Below, one piece after another: positions 8,019 through 17,038 of a stretch of 42,190 bases of DNA (position 1 is its first letter; each line of letters starts with the position of its first letter). Source of the DNA: a virus; IMG/VR virus record IMGVR_UViG_3300045988_073020. One strand, written 5' to 3'. The translations under genes were made by a program, and so were the position numbers. Below the pieces are notes generated by a model. The model made no database searches, was not told where the DNA came from, and worked only from the letters and a program-made list of their open reading frames with translations.

Positions 8019-11000
8019 TACATGACACCTCTTTCCTCCGTCTTAGATACATTACCAAGGCTTTCATTTACCGGCTCTGAAACGAGATTACCGACCTTTT
8101 TATTATCCATATACACGCCGGTATTCTCCATGGCCTGCCCCATCTCGCGGCCCATACGTTTATAGTCGATTGCATAACCAGGGCCATACCCTTCATTTCC
8201 ATAGCTGGACGCAGGTATCGACGCTGTGCCGGTTACATATCCCGTACCTGCTAGAGCTGCATCAACTGCATTTCCTGCCGTTACCGCGTCTATGGCGCTT
8301 CTCATGGCATTTCCAACGACTTCTGACATAGCCGCATAGAGATTTCCAGACATGGAATTAATACCTTCAATCATTTCAGTGATTGCAGTCTTTCCCAGGT
8401 CCTTCATGTCCGTTGGAAGCGTTTGTACCGCTCCTAACACATTCTGTGCAATTGCCTTGAATTTGTCCATATTCTCGGTTGTTCCGGACGCTTCCTTTAC
8501 TGATCCGGCCATAGCGGAAACCAATTCAACCGCATTTTGAACCGCGGTAAGCTTCATCACCTCAAGTGGTTGATTCAGTGATACCCCCAGTTCCAGCATG
8601 GAAGCCGTGTACTCCTGCTGGTACTTCGCAAGTTCCGCAGAGGTTTCCTGTTGCATCTTTGTAATCTGGTCTGCAATATCCCTCCGCATCGGTTCCAACT
8701 CTTCTACGGCCTGTCTTCGTGCAAGGCGGTTTTTCTCCCTGAAAAGATCAACATATTCGTCTAACTCATCGTCGCTCATCTCCGTGAGCAACTGGATTTC
8801 TGCCGCTGCCTTCGGGCCAAGCTTCTGTAACTCTTCCAGAAGTTCCTTTCCGATTCCGCGGTCACTTAAATCGTCTAAGTTTTCTCTCCACTGTTCCAGC
8901 CCGTCAACCTGTGACCGGAGATTATTCAGGAGATCATCAGATGATAATTCCGTATCCGCAGAAAACTCGTCAAAGAGTCCGAACGCTGACTTTATTTCAT
9001 CTGTTCTCTGACTTACTGCATCTTCGTACTGTTTATTCAGATCAAGAATCTTATCGTTTAAGTCTTCATATGCTTTTGCAACATTATCAGTGTACTTCTC
9101 CTCGGCCTGGAGCATCTGATTTTCAAGTTCTTTCTTTGCTGTAAAGTATTCTTTATCTGCGTCGATCTTTGCCTGTGTGCCTTCTTTTACCTGCTTTCTG
9201 GCTTCGTCCCAATAGGCCGCCTCCTCTGCAAGTGTGAAATTATTATATACTTTGTAGTTGTCCAGCCGCTTCTTTGCAGAGTCGAGAACTGCCTGTGCGA
9301 TCTCTTCCGCGCTGCTCTTCGCATACTTCTTGTTTCTCGCAATACCATCAGCAATGCCAAGCGCTATATTCCTGCCTACCTCGTCACGGAATACCCTGGA
9401 TGGGGAGTGGATTCCCAACATATTTTTCAACCCGTTAAGAGCTGATTTCCCTACTTCTTTTGCAGCACCAACAACCGCACCGACCGCGTTTTTTAGCCCC
9501 TTCGCGATACCATCTACAATATCTTTTCCGATCTTCTTCCAATCAAATTCAGAAAATGCATTTTTGATTGACTCGATGATTTCCGGTATCTTTTTTATAA
9601 GATCAGGGATTGCCTTTATAAGGCCTACCGCCAACTCTCCAATCAATTCAATGCCTTTTTGTAAAAGTTCCGGAAGATGGGATGCAATTGTAGCGATTAA
9701 TTTTGCAAGTACAGAGGCAATAGACGTAATGACAGCAGGCAGATTGTCAAGAAGACCATGTGCAAGCTGCCCGATTAATTTCGCACCAGATTCCAGAAGC
9801 TTCGGTAAAGCGGTCATAATCGCATCAACTAACCGGTTTAATATATTTCCGGCAGCTGAGATAACAGATGGAAGGTTGTTCAGTAAACCCTGTGCGAATT
9901 TTCCGCATACTTCAAGACCCTTGCTCACAATATTTGGGAGTCCAGTACTAATTCCCACTGTCAAATTATCCAGGAGCATTTTCCCCTGCGCCTGAAGCTG
10001 ACCGGAATTTGACCGTATCCCTTCAATTACACCGGTAATAATCGACCAACCAAGGGAAGCTACCGAAGGAATCAACGTAATGATTCCCCGTGCAATCGCC
10101 ATAAGTAGCTTTGCGCCTGCTTCCATCAGTTGTGCTGTGTTTCCGTCCAAGCCCTGTATCAGCATGTCAATGAACGAAACAGCAAGGTCAATAACGGCTG
10201 GCAGCTGTTCGATGATCCCAGTTGCAATGTCAGTTAAAAGGCTTGACCCCATCTGTATAAACTGGTCCGCACTACCTTCAAATTCCTGCCATAATTCCTC
10301 TATCACCATTGGAATTGTCTCGGCCAGCCTCGGAACGATTTCCCCAAGGTTCTTTCCCACATTACGGGCAACCGTGGCAATCGCATCCGCCAGTTCCTGG
10401 GCATTGCCTGATCCATTCAAGAAATTGTCAAAGGCTGCCTTGGCGGCATTCATGGAACCTTCTATGGTAGTTGATGCTTCCTTTGCGGTAGTCCCTGTTA
10501 TGCCAAGTTCTCCCTGGATCACATGGATAGCTGAATAAACATCATTTAGGTTGCTGATGTCATATTTTACACCCGATATTTTGGTGGCATCTGCAAGAAG
10601 GCGGTTCATCTCTTCTTTTGTTCCGCCATATCCTAGTTTCAGGTTATCCAGCATCGTGTAATTCTGCTTTGCAAATCCCTGGTACGCATTCTGGATAGAG
10701 GACATGTCCGTGCCCATCTTATTGGCGTTATCGGACATGTCCACCATTGCCATGTCTGCAATCTTTGCCGCTTCTGCCGTGTCTCCGGCCACGCTCTGTA
10801 ATAAGGAGGCGGAGAAACTGGTGACACTCTGCATATACTCATTGGCGGATAATCCGGCAGTCTTGTAAGCATTATTAGCGTTTTCTATGACTGTCTTAGC
10901 ATTCTCTTTGAACAGCGTTTCCACGCCGCCCACGTTCTGTTCCAAACTGGCTACGGAACTTAAAGCGGCTTTGGACATGCCGCCGAATGCGGCAGTGATT

Positions 11001-11149
11001 CCGCCAATGGAGGCGCCAAGAACCGCAAGACCGCCTTTTGCTATTCCACCAAGTTTACCGAGTCCGATGGAAAATCCTTTTTCATCAATCTTTGTATCAA
11101 AATTTAAATGACCGTCAGCGGCAAATATTTGTAAGTCAAAATAAGCCAT
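8018..11149 (-). CDS. Tape measure protein
   Basis: 1043 aa, Ala/Gly/Leu-rich helical repeats, located between the chaperones and Dit. N-terminus MAYFDLQIFAADG. Confidence 0.9.
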   Translation of the reverse strand: MAYFDLQIFAADGHLNFDTKIDEKGFSIGLGKLGGIAKGGLAVLGASIGGITAAFGGMSKAALSSVASLEQNVGGVETLFKENAKTVIENANNAYKTAGLSANEYMQSVTSFSASLLQSVAGDTAEAAKIADMAMVDMSDNANKMGTDMSSIQNAYQGFAKQNYTMLDNLKLGYGGTKEEMNRLLADATKISGVKYDISNLNDVYSAIHVIQGELGITGTTAKEASTTIEGSMNAAKAAFDNFLNGSGNAQELADAIATVARNVGKNLGEIVPRLAETIPMVIEELWQEFEGSADQFIQMGSSLLTDIATGIIEQLPAVIDLAVSFIDMLIQGLDGNTAQLMEAGAKLLMAIARGIITLIPSVASLGWSIITGVIEGIRSNSGQLQAQGKMLLDNLTVGISTGLPNIVSKGLEVCGKFAQGLLNNLPSVISAAGNILNRLVDAIMTALPKLLESGAKLIGQLAHGLLDNLPAVITSIASVLAKLIATIASHLPELLQKGIELIGELAVGLIKAIPDLIKKIPEIIESIKNAFSEFDWKKIGKDIVDGIAKGLKNAVGAVVGAAKEVGKSALNGLKNMLGIHSPSRVFRDEVGRNIALGIADGIARNKKYAKSSAEEIAQAVLDSAKKRLDNYKVYNNFTLAEEAAYWDEARKQVKEGTQAKIDADKEYFTAKKELENQMLQAEEKYTDNVAKAYEDLNDKILDLNKQYEDAVSQRTDEIKSAFGLFDEFSADTELSSDDLLNNLRSQVDGLEQWRENLDDLSDRGIGKELLEELQKLGPKAAAEIQLLTEMSDDELDEYVDLFREKNRLARRQAVEELEPMRRDIADQITKMQQETSAELAKYQQEYTASMLELGVSLNQPLEVMKLTAVQNAVELVSAMAGSVKEASGTTENMDKFKAIAQNVLGAVQTLPTDMKDLGKTAITEMIEGINSMSGNLYAAMSEVVGNAMRSAIDAVTAGNAVDAALAGTGYVTGTASIPASSYGNEGYGPGYAIDYKRMGREMGQAMENTGVYMDNKKVGNLVSEPVNESLGNVSKTEERGVM

Positions 11150-11191
11150 ACTACTCCTTTCGCAGTAGCACGGCTCACAGGCTCACATATG

Positions 11192-11404
11192 CTATATCTT
11201 TATTTCAAATTCTTTTTTACACTCTTTACATTTCATGTATACACCATTGCTCTGTGCTGTGTTGTCATATAACACAGCGTTCTTTCCGCAATGGGGGCAT
11301 TGATACCAATCACGCCTAGTTGGCGGTTTCTTAATTTTAGGTAATTCGTGAGAAAGTTCTTGTTCATTTACTGTTGCAAAATAGCTAATACCTTTCCATC
11401 TCAC
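11192..11404 (-). CDS. Small Cys4 zinc-ribbon protein
   Basis: CPHCG...CKECK motifs. GTG start in a GTGA overlap with the upstream stop. Confidence 0.5.
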   Translation of the reverse strand: MRWKGISYFATVNEQELSHELPKIKKPPTRRDWYQCPHCGKNAVLYDNTAQSNGVYMKCKECKKEFEIKI

Positions 11405-11976
11405 CAGAACATACCTCCGATCTCATCATCAGATGGGGCAGACTGCGGAATTGCAATCTTTCTCTGTATTCTCAAAATACGGTTACGCTCTTCAACGTCT
11501 TTTATCCGTGATGCATCGGTATTCCGGTACATAACACGCTGCTTAAATTCCGTGTCAGATGATAGGCCGTCTAGCAGTATCCGGAACTTCCACCAGTGCA
11601 TGTGCGCTTTCGTTAAGTCAATCCGGTAATCATGCCAGAAGCCGGCAATAATACAGCGCGCGTCATATCGGAAATCATACAGCGGTTTTATGTTCCCCGT
11701 TTCTTCCTCTTCCTCATAATCAGCCTGATAACTCTCATCTTCTGCCTCAGCCATCTTAAAAAAGTCTATCAGCGGTTTGCAGGCATTTGCCTGATCCGCA
11801 AACGGGAGAGGATCACAGTAGAACAAGAGTATGGACTCGAATTTTTCTTCCGGCCCATACTCATCATCTTTCAAAAGGTCAACAAACCTTAGCCAGTCCT
11901 TAAAATCCGTTACAATCTCACGATGCTTACCGTTTAGCATCACCGAATTGGGATATCTGTCATAGATGAGGTTCAC
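11401..11976 (-). CDS. Gp15-family phage protein (tail assembly, A118/SPP1-like)
   Basis: Position between the TAC and the TMP. N-terminus MNLIYDRYPNSVMLNGK..VTDFKDWLRF is typical of Phage_Gp15. GTGA-coupled start. Confidence 0.7.
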   Translation of the reverse strand: MNLIYDRYPNSVMLNGKHREIVTDFKDWLRFVDLLKDDEYGPEEKFESILLFYCDPLPFADQANACKPLIDFFKMAEAEDESYQADYEEEEETGNIKPLYDFRYDARCIIAGFWHDYRIDLTKAHMHWWKFRILLDGLSSDTEFKQRVMYRNTDASRIKDVEERNRILRIQRKIAIPQSAPSDDEIGGMFW

Positions 11977-12365
11977 TTATTACCGCCACCATTCCGGTTA
12001 TGCCGTCTCTGCTGCCTGTTCTGATGCGGTGCATACTTATTAAGCATCTGGCCTCTGCGCTGCATGGCCTCCTGATTACTGCGCCGTGCGGCATCAATAA
12101 AAGCCGAATAGGCTGCGTCACACATACCAGCATTTACTTTTCCCTCAAACATCTTTCCAGATGTCCCTTTTCCATAAATACAATCAAACAGGTTAAAAAA
12201 CAGCCCACAGTATCCGCGTATTACCTCGCTTGTTGTGCCCGCCTTCTGCACTCGTTTTTCTTCCTCTTCCATCTGCTTAAACGCATTTTCGTAACGTTCT
12301 GCAAAATCCGCATCCTGTAAATCCACCTCAAACTCAAGATTGTTATAACTCCACTTCTGGCTCAT
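11973..12365 (-). CDS. Tail assembly chaperone
   Basis: 130 aa directly after the major tail protein. SD GGAG. Confidence 0.6.
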   Translation of the reverse strand: MSQKWSYNNLEFEVDLQDADFAERYENAFKQMEEEEKRVQKAGTTSEVIRGYCGLFFNLFDCIYGKGTSGKMFEGKVNAGMCDAAYSAFIDAARRSNQEAMQRRGQMLNKYAPHQNRQQRRHNRNGGGNK

Positions 12366-12382
12366 AGGCTCACTCCTCTTTG

Positions 12383-13171
12383 TTATTGTTTAGATGTGAC
12401 GGTTGCAATACCGGCTTTTCTGGCCTTATTCCCTGTGCATTCTACAACAAGGATTTTTTGCCCATTTGCAGCCGTAATATCTGCTGATCCATCCCAAGTC
12501 TGCATTTCGCTGCAATCCGTATCATAAGCAGGAAGGGAAACATTTGTTCCTGTCTTATATCGGTATGTATTATCTGGCTGCTTTGCTGGGGTAACCGTTA
12601 ATTTAGTAGTCCCAGAACCAGAACCCGCTACGCTGTGCACAGTTAATTCCCCCAATTCATGAGCCTGACCTTCTACAAATGTTACTGTCTGCCACTTATC
12701 GGAAGAAGTTGCAGTTCCCAGTATCATTTCTCCGATCGCCCGAAAATTACCAGAATAGATTAATGCGTCATTTCCATCACCGGTAGTATCCGGAATAACC
12801 GCATAGGTACGCTTTCGTGCGACCTTCGTTTCCCCCTCGGCAAAAAGATCTACCGTTACGATCTCGACATAAGCATCTGATCCGGTATATTCACCATCGG
12901 TAATCTCTGCAATCTTTTCATGCGTTGAAAGCGGGCTGTGACGGTCAAAACTATAACCGATCTGTGTTGCATATCCAACCACATCAGACCGCTCGGAATC
13001 CTCATCTACGTACGTTCTTGTGTACTGTTTCGGGCTTTTGGATTCAGACATAGATGAAAAGCCCTGCATGCGCACAAACTTAGGTTCTTCCCCGGTTCCG
13101 ACGTTCATGAAAGCGACTCTCTTAGACCGCTTTACCAACTTTGCTTCATTAATTTTGTCAACTGTTGCCAT
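12383..13171 (-). CDS. Major tail protein (with C-terminal Ig-like extension)
   Basis: 262 aa with a strong SD, located after the head-tail joining genes. The C-terminus is beta-rich (TVHSVAGSGSGTTKLTVTPA). Confidence 0.8.
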   Translation of the reverse strand: MATVDKINEAKLVKRSKRVAFMNVGTGEEPKFVRMQGFSSMSESKSPKQYTRTYVDEDSERSDVVGYATQIGYSFDRHSPLSTHEKIAEITDGEYTGSDAYVEIVTVDLFAEGETKVARKRTYAVIPDTTGDGNDALIYSGNFRAIGEMILGTATSSDKWQTVTFVEGQAHELGELTVHSVAGSGSGTTKLTVTPAKQPDNTYRYKTGTNVSLPAYDTDCSEMQTWDGSADITAANGQKILVVECTGNKARKAGIATVTSKQ

Positions 13172-13182
13172 GTTGTTTCCTC

Positions 13183-13605
13183 CTATTCATAGAGTAATCT
13201 TAATTGTATCTGATATCTTGCAAGGTCCCCGTCCGAGTCGAAAAGATAATAGCTCGATATCATGACATTCGAAATAGCTGAATATCCTTCCAGTTCCGGA
13301 AGAATATCATTATCGTTTTGATCTTCTACCCAATTAGACAAATTCTGATAAAAATATGAATTGTCTATCATGGTACGGGCGTCTCCGTCGTAAGCTTCTT
13401 TTGACGTGAAAGAGTATTGGAATTGATATACCTTCCCTCCGTCCACGTATTCTTTGTATACCGGATCAGCCGGTATTGGGTCCAGGCTGTACGCTCGACT
13501 GTTGGGGAGATAATCAATATTAAATTCCCCGTCGTGCAAGAATGGACACTGCATGAAATATTTCCTGAGTGCGCCTATAATAGACTCATTGTTAATTGTT
13601 CGCAA
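13183..13605 (-). CDS. Tail completion / head-tail joining protein (minor capsid protein family)
   Basis: Synteny. The TTG start is uncertain. Confidence 0.6.
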   Translation of the reverse strand: MRTINNESIIGALRKYFMQCPFLHDGEFNIDYLPNSRAYSLDPIPADPVYKEYVDGGKVYQFQYSFTSKEAYDGDARTMIDNSYFYQNLSNWVEDQNDNDILPELEGYSAISNVMISSYYLFDSDGDLARYQIQLRLLYE

Positions 13606-13993
13606 TGATCTTTTCCGCCCCCTTCCGAATCGTCTCGCCTTTCGCGGTCTTCATACGCTCAAACCATAGTTTACCGCGGTTTCCGTTGTCTCCGTGGTTC
13701 TCATAATACTTCCGCCGCGCATACGGGGCCAAGTACTCTATTTCTGCACTGCCAATTACGGTTCCAAGCTGCGCGGACTTAATCATGTACCCGGTTCTTC
13801 GTGGCGTCATCGGGTCCATGTACCGCAGGCACTCAGAATCGACAAACTCCTGTGCCTTTGCAAATCCTTTTGATTTCTGCTGACCGAATCCCGGCGCCCA
13901 TTCCAAGTGCGCGGTTACACTGCCGTTGCTGCTCTTCTTCTGATACAACTCTCCGCGTGGCGTGGATATCTGAAAAACCCTTTTCTGTGCCAT
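13592..13993 (-). CDS. Head-tail joining protein (HK97 gp10-like / minor capsid family)
   Basis: Synteny. TAATG coupling with the upstream gene. Confidence 0.6.
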   Translation of the reverse strand: MAQKRVFQISTPRGELYQKKSSNGSVTAHLEWAPGFGQQKSKGFAKAQEFVDSECLRYMDPMTPRRTGYMIKSAQLGTVIGSAEIEYLAPYARRKYYENHGDNGNRGKLWFERMKTAKGETIRKGAEKIIANN

Positions 13994-14391
13994 TAAATAC
14001 CACCCACTCTCCAGTGCTGCAAGCTGCCAAAACGATTATCAGACCATGATGTGATTTTAAACACCTGATACAGTTCCTTCTGCAAATCAGAAGGCTTTTC
14101 TATTTCCTTCGCTATGGCTCCACGCGCTATATAGTCATCGTTCTTTAAGGTCCATGTATTTTCCTTGCCTGTGTACTCTTCCGGCGCAACATAATGTGAT
14201 CCGGAAAACTCCGCATCTACTGGTATCCTAACTTTAAAGGAATCCGCAGAAGCAAGGCCGCCGTCTGTTACGCTGACTTTATTATCAACATAGAACCACG
14301 CCTTTTTTATCACTGTCCTGCGCCATTCTTTCAACCGTGTATCAGGATTCAGGAAAGAGTTATAGACCGTAATATCCGCATTTGTGGTCAT
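13993..14391 (-). CDS. Head closure / head-tail adaptor protein
   Basis: Synteny. SD GGTGAGGTG. Confidence 0.6.
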   Translation of the reverse strand: MTTNADITVYNSFLNPDTRLKEWRRTVIKKAWFYVDNKVSVTDGGLASADSFKVRIPVDAEFSGSHYVAPEEYTGKENTWTLKNDDYIARGAIAKEIEKPSDLQKELYQVFKITSWSDNRFGSLQHWRVGGI

Positions 14392-14785
14392 TGTGACACC
14401 TCACCTTTCGATTCAGCCAGCCAGTAGGCAGCAGATACATATACACAGCATCATAAGCCTTCCGTCTAACCGCTTCTTCCGCCGTCTGGCCGTCTGTCTG
14501 TTCCACTACATAAGACACAGAATAGCCGTCATTGTTCTCAGACCGAACAGGGCCAGCCTTTCCGTCCGCCTTTCTCTGCTCCTGCTCCTGTTCGGCCACA
14601 TAATACACATCTGCCGCTGCACAGACCGCATCCTTTACCATGTCATTCGGTATGGAAAATATGTCACCATTCAAATGGGTAAGGTATCGGATGTACGCTT
14701 CTGCCTTGCGTTTAGCTGCCGGGAATGCTTCTTCCGGCATTTTTCCACCATACTCGGCCCGATAATATTCATAATCCACATACAT
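14360..14785 (-). CDS. Head-tail connector (gp6-like / DNA packaging protein)
   Basis: N-terminus MYVDYEYYRAEYGG..EAFPAAKRKAEAYI is typical of head-tail connector proteins. SD GGGGG. Confidence 0.65.
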   Translation of the reverse strand: MYVDYEYYRAEYGGKMPEEAFPAAKRKAEAYIRYLTHLNGDIFSIPNDMVKDAVCAAADVYYVAEQEQEQRKADGKAGPVRSENNDGYSVSYVVEQTDGQTAEEAVRRKAYDAVYMYLLPTGWLNRKVRCHNDHKCGYYGL

Positions 14786-14796
14786 CCTGAATCCCC

Positions 14797-15075
14797 CTAT
14801 TCCATGGCGCCGCTTGCTTTCAGCCCATCAATGATTGACTTTATTGCAGATGCGCATGTTTCTGCTGTTGCTCCTGAAACGTTAAATGTCACAGCAGGTG
14901 CCTTCTTGACTCCACCGATAGCATCTGTTTTCGCCGCAGGCAACGTATATCCTTCCCCACTAGGCCAGTTATCCGCCAATTTCTGTACTAATTCAGCAAT
15001 CTGCCCGTCAGTAGGGGCAGATGATTTCCCTGTAACCTTCTTATAGAGATTTTTTAATGCATCTGTAATCTGCAT
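14797..15075 (-). CDS. Small hypothetical head-associated protein (92 aa)
   Basis: The start is set to the ATG after GGAGG (MQITDALKNLY). It follows the major capsid gene. Confidence 0.6.
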   Translation of the reverse strand: MQITDALKNLYKKVTGKSSAPTDGQIAELVQKLADNWPSGEGYTLPAAKTDAIGGVKKAPAVTFNVSGATAETCASAIKSIIDGLKASGAME

Positions 15076-15086
15076 ACACAATCCTC

Positions 15087-16061
15087 CTATGCGTTCTTCA
15101 GGATAGCAAACGGGCATCTCTTGTTTTTATCAGTCTGGACCGAGTTGATTGGGTTGGGAATTTCCCATCCCAGCCTCATGACCGCCCTAAGAGCCACCAT
15201 GTCATTCTGCATCAGGTTATAAGCAATCGAGCCATCCGTGTTCTGTACAATACCCTCAGTAAACAGCTTAAAGGTAATATCCTGACGGATTGCATATACC
15301 ATCTGATTGAAGTCTCCCGAGATCATCAACGCTTTGGACTTATCGAACGCTCCGTTGTTCGGGAAGTTCATCGGGCTGCCGTCCAGAGAATATGTAGTAC
15401 CGCTCTGCATATCAGACTTAAAAATTGGATTTCCCGTCGAATCCCGCAAACCTCTCAGCTTCGCCCTCATGGAAATATCAGCCATATGGCCGCTTACAAA
15501 GTATCCGGAATCCTCTACCTTCGCAATTACGCCGTTCTCGGCCATAATCTTATCATACAGGGAATCACCTTCGGCAAGCGTTACAACTGCATTCGCTTTT
15601 GTTGCTGTAGCAACAAGGCCATCTCTCCAAGAGGTGGGCTTGTTAACATTGAAAAGGATTGCTTCGTCGATCAACTTACCGAACGCCTCAACAACTCTCG
15701 GTTTCACTTCTCCCCAAATGTCATAATCCGAATCATCAAGTACAGCTTCCGGAATCGGAACGATAACGGCGATTTCCTCTGCTGTAATGACCTTCTTATC
15801 CCACTGCTGTTTCGTGGTCTTTTTGGCTCCGGTATCACCGTCCACAAAATAGGCAATCGGGAGCATGTCAAGCACCGGCATTTTATAGGTTTTCGTTGAC
15901 ATGTTAGGGAGCTTACGGCCCCTTGAAAGTACCGTAGACTGAGTAACTACCCCCTGGATAATTTCTCTGGCTGGCTCTTCTGGAATTAGAGAATCTGCCC
16001 CACTTCTGTCAATAATCAATGCATCGTCTGCAAAAATCTGTAAATTGTACTTATGTCTCAT
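15087..16061 (-). CDS. Major capsid protein (HK97 fold family)
   Basis: 324 aa after the scaffold gene. N-terminus MRHKYNLQIFADD carries a Prp-type cleavage motif. Strong SD. Confidence 0.9.
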   Translation of the reverse strand: MRHKYNLQIFADDALIIDRSGADSLIPEEPAREIIQGVVTQSTVLSRGRKLPNMSTKTYKMPVLDMLPIAYFVDGDTGAKKTTKQQWDKKVITAEEIAVIVPIPEAVLDDSDYDIWGEVKPRVVEAFGKLIDEAILFNVNKPTSWRDGLVATATKANAVVTLAEGDSLYDKIMAENGVIAKVEDSGYFVSGHMADISMRAKLRGLRDSTGNPIFKSDMQSGTTYSLDGSPMNFPNNGAFDKSKALMISGDFNQMVYAIRQDITFKLFTEGIVQNTDGSIAYNLMQNDMVALRAVMRLGWEIPNPINSVQTDKNKRCPFAILKNA

Positions 16062-16072
16062 ATTTGACCTCC

Positions 16073-16666
16073 TTATCGTCTGGCCGCCATTCTTATGGCG
16101 TTATTAATATAGTCGTTCGTGTCCTCAGAAGCTCCGGCGCCGCCTGTATGTGTCGAGGTTGTCACCTTGTATGACGTCTGGCCTGCAAACTTCGGATTCT
16201 CCTTCAGGAATTCCGCCGCCGCCTTGTCAAAAGGAAGTTTATCCGTAACCTTCTGATTAACTTTAAATAGCACATAGTCGAGATCATCAGGTTTTACACC
16301 TTTGTCCCGCAGAAACCCGCTGTTTTTAAGCTGTTCGAGTTCCGTTTTATATTTATCCCGTTCGAGTTCGACCGCAGAAATGTTAGGCTTATTCTTTTCC
16401 TTATTCGTCTTGTAATCTTCCATGGCCCGCTTTACTTCGTCCTCGCTAAGTCCGTGCTGCTCAAAGTAAGATTTCAAGGCCGCCGCCTCTGCTCTCTGTG
16501 CTCGTGCCGCGGCAATAGCTTCTGCCTGCTCGAATGTGTAAGTTGCTGTACTACCGGCGTTCTGGCTGCCGTTACCATTTCCGGCTGTCGTGCTCGTTGT
16601 TGTGCTCGTTGCTGCACCGCCTTCGCCGCCGTCTGCGAAAAGCTGTAAATTAATTCTCTTTCTCAT
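16073..16666 (-). CDS. Scaffolding protein (DUF4355-like)
   Basis: N-terminus MRKRINLQLFADGG, a low-complexity linker, then a coiled-coil C-terminal half. Directly upstream of the MCP. Confidence 0.85.
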   Translation of the reverse strand: MRKRINLQLFADGGEGGAATSTTTSTTAGNGNGSQNAGSTATYTFEQAEAIAAARAQRAEAAALKSYFEQHGLSEDEVKRAMEDYKTNKEKNKPNISAVELERDKYKTELEQLKNSGFLRDKGVKPDDLDYVLFKVNQKVTDKLPFDKAAAEFLKENPKFAGQTSYKVTTSTHTGGAGASEDTNDYINNAIRMAARR

Positions 16667-16737
16667 CCTAATACCTCCGTTTTAAGTACGTTAACTATTC
16701 CGATGCTTTTAAAGCCTTCACGTTTCGGGCATGATTT

Positions 16738-17022
16738 TTAAACGTATGTGATGCAACCATATTCCTGATTAATTAAGCATATCCCAAGAAACCAGGCGTC
16801 AATAATCGTCTTCCCCTTATCATTGATCCGCTGCCATCTGACGGATATGTTTCCTGTATCCATGACGGTTTTAAAATCTCCTTCAGCCAAAGCATTCAGG
16901 CTTTCGGCAAGCGTCAGGGTAAGCGCAGATACCGCAGCACATACCAGATCACGCCCAGGCGGCGCAAATCCGGCATGTCCTTTTACAGATATCTCATTCT
17001 CTCTTACCATTACCTGTATCAT
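16738..17022 (-). CDS. prp: Prp-like cysteine protease (ribosomal-processing protease family, DUF464)
   Basis: GHAGFAPPGRDLVCAAVSAL matches the His/Cys dyad signature of Prp. About 94 aa. Located between the minor capsid and scaffold genes. Confidence 0.8.
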   Translation of the reverse strand: MIQVMVRENEISVKGHAGFAPPGRDLVCAAVSALTLTLAESLNALAEGDFKTVMDTGNISVRWQRINDKGKTIIDAWFLGICLINQEYGCITYV

Positions 17023-17038
17023 AATCCCCCTCCTTTCA

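Noticed and set aside
9258-9995. 245-aa plus-strand ORF, along with other plus-strand ORFs between 8352 and 11111
   Set aside because: These are antisense shadow ORFs within the tape measure gene. They have Ser/Phe/Ala-rich composition and no translation signals.
11401-12365. Programmed -1 frameshift producing a G-T type chaperone fusion
   Set aside because: The two chaperone-region genes are joined by a GTGA stop-start overlap, not by an overlapping extension frame. No X XXY YYZ slippery heptamer was seen near the 3' end of the first gene.
14384-15046. 220-aa plus-strand ORF
   Set aside because: It is antisense to the head-tail connector gene and the small head protein gene. It has no SD and low-complexity composition.
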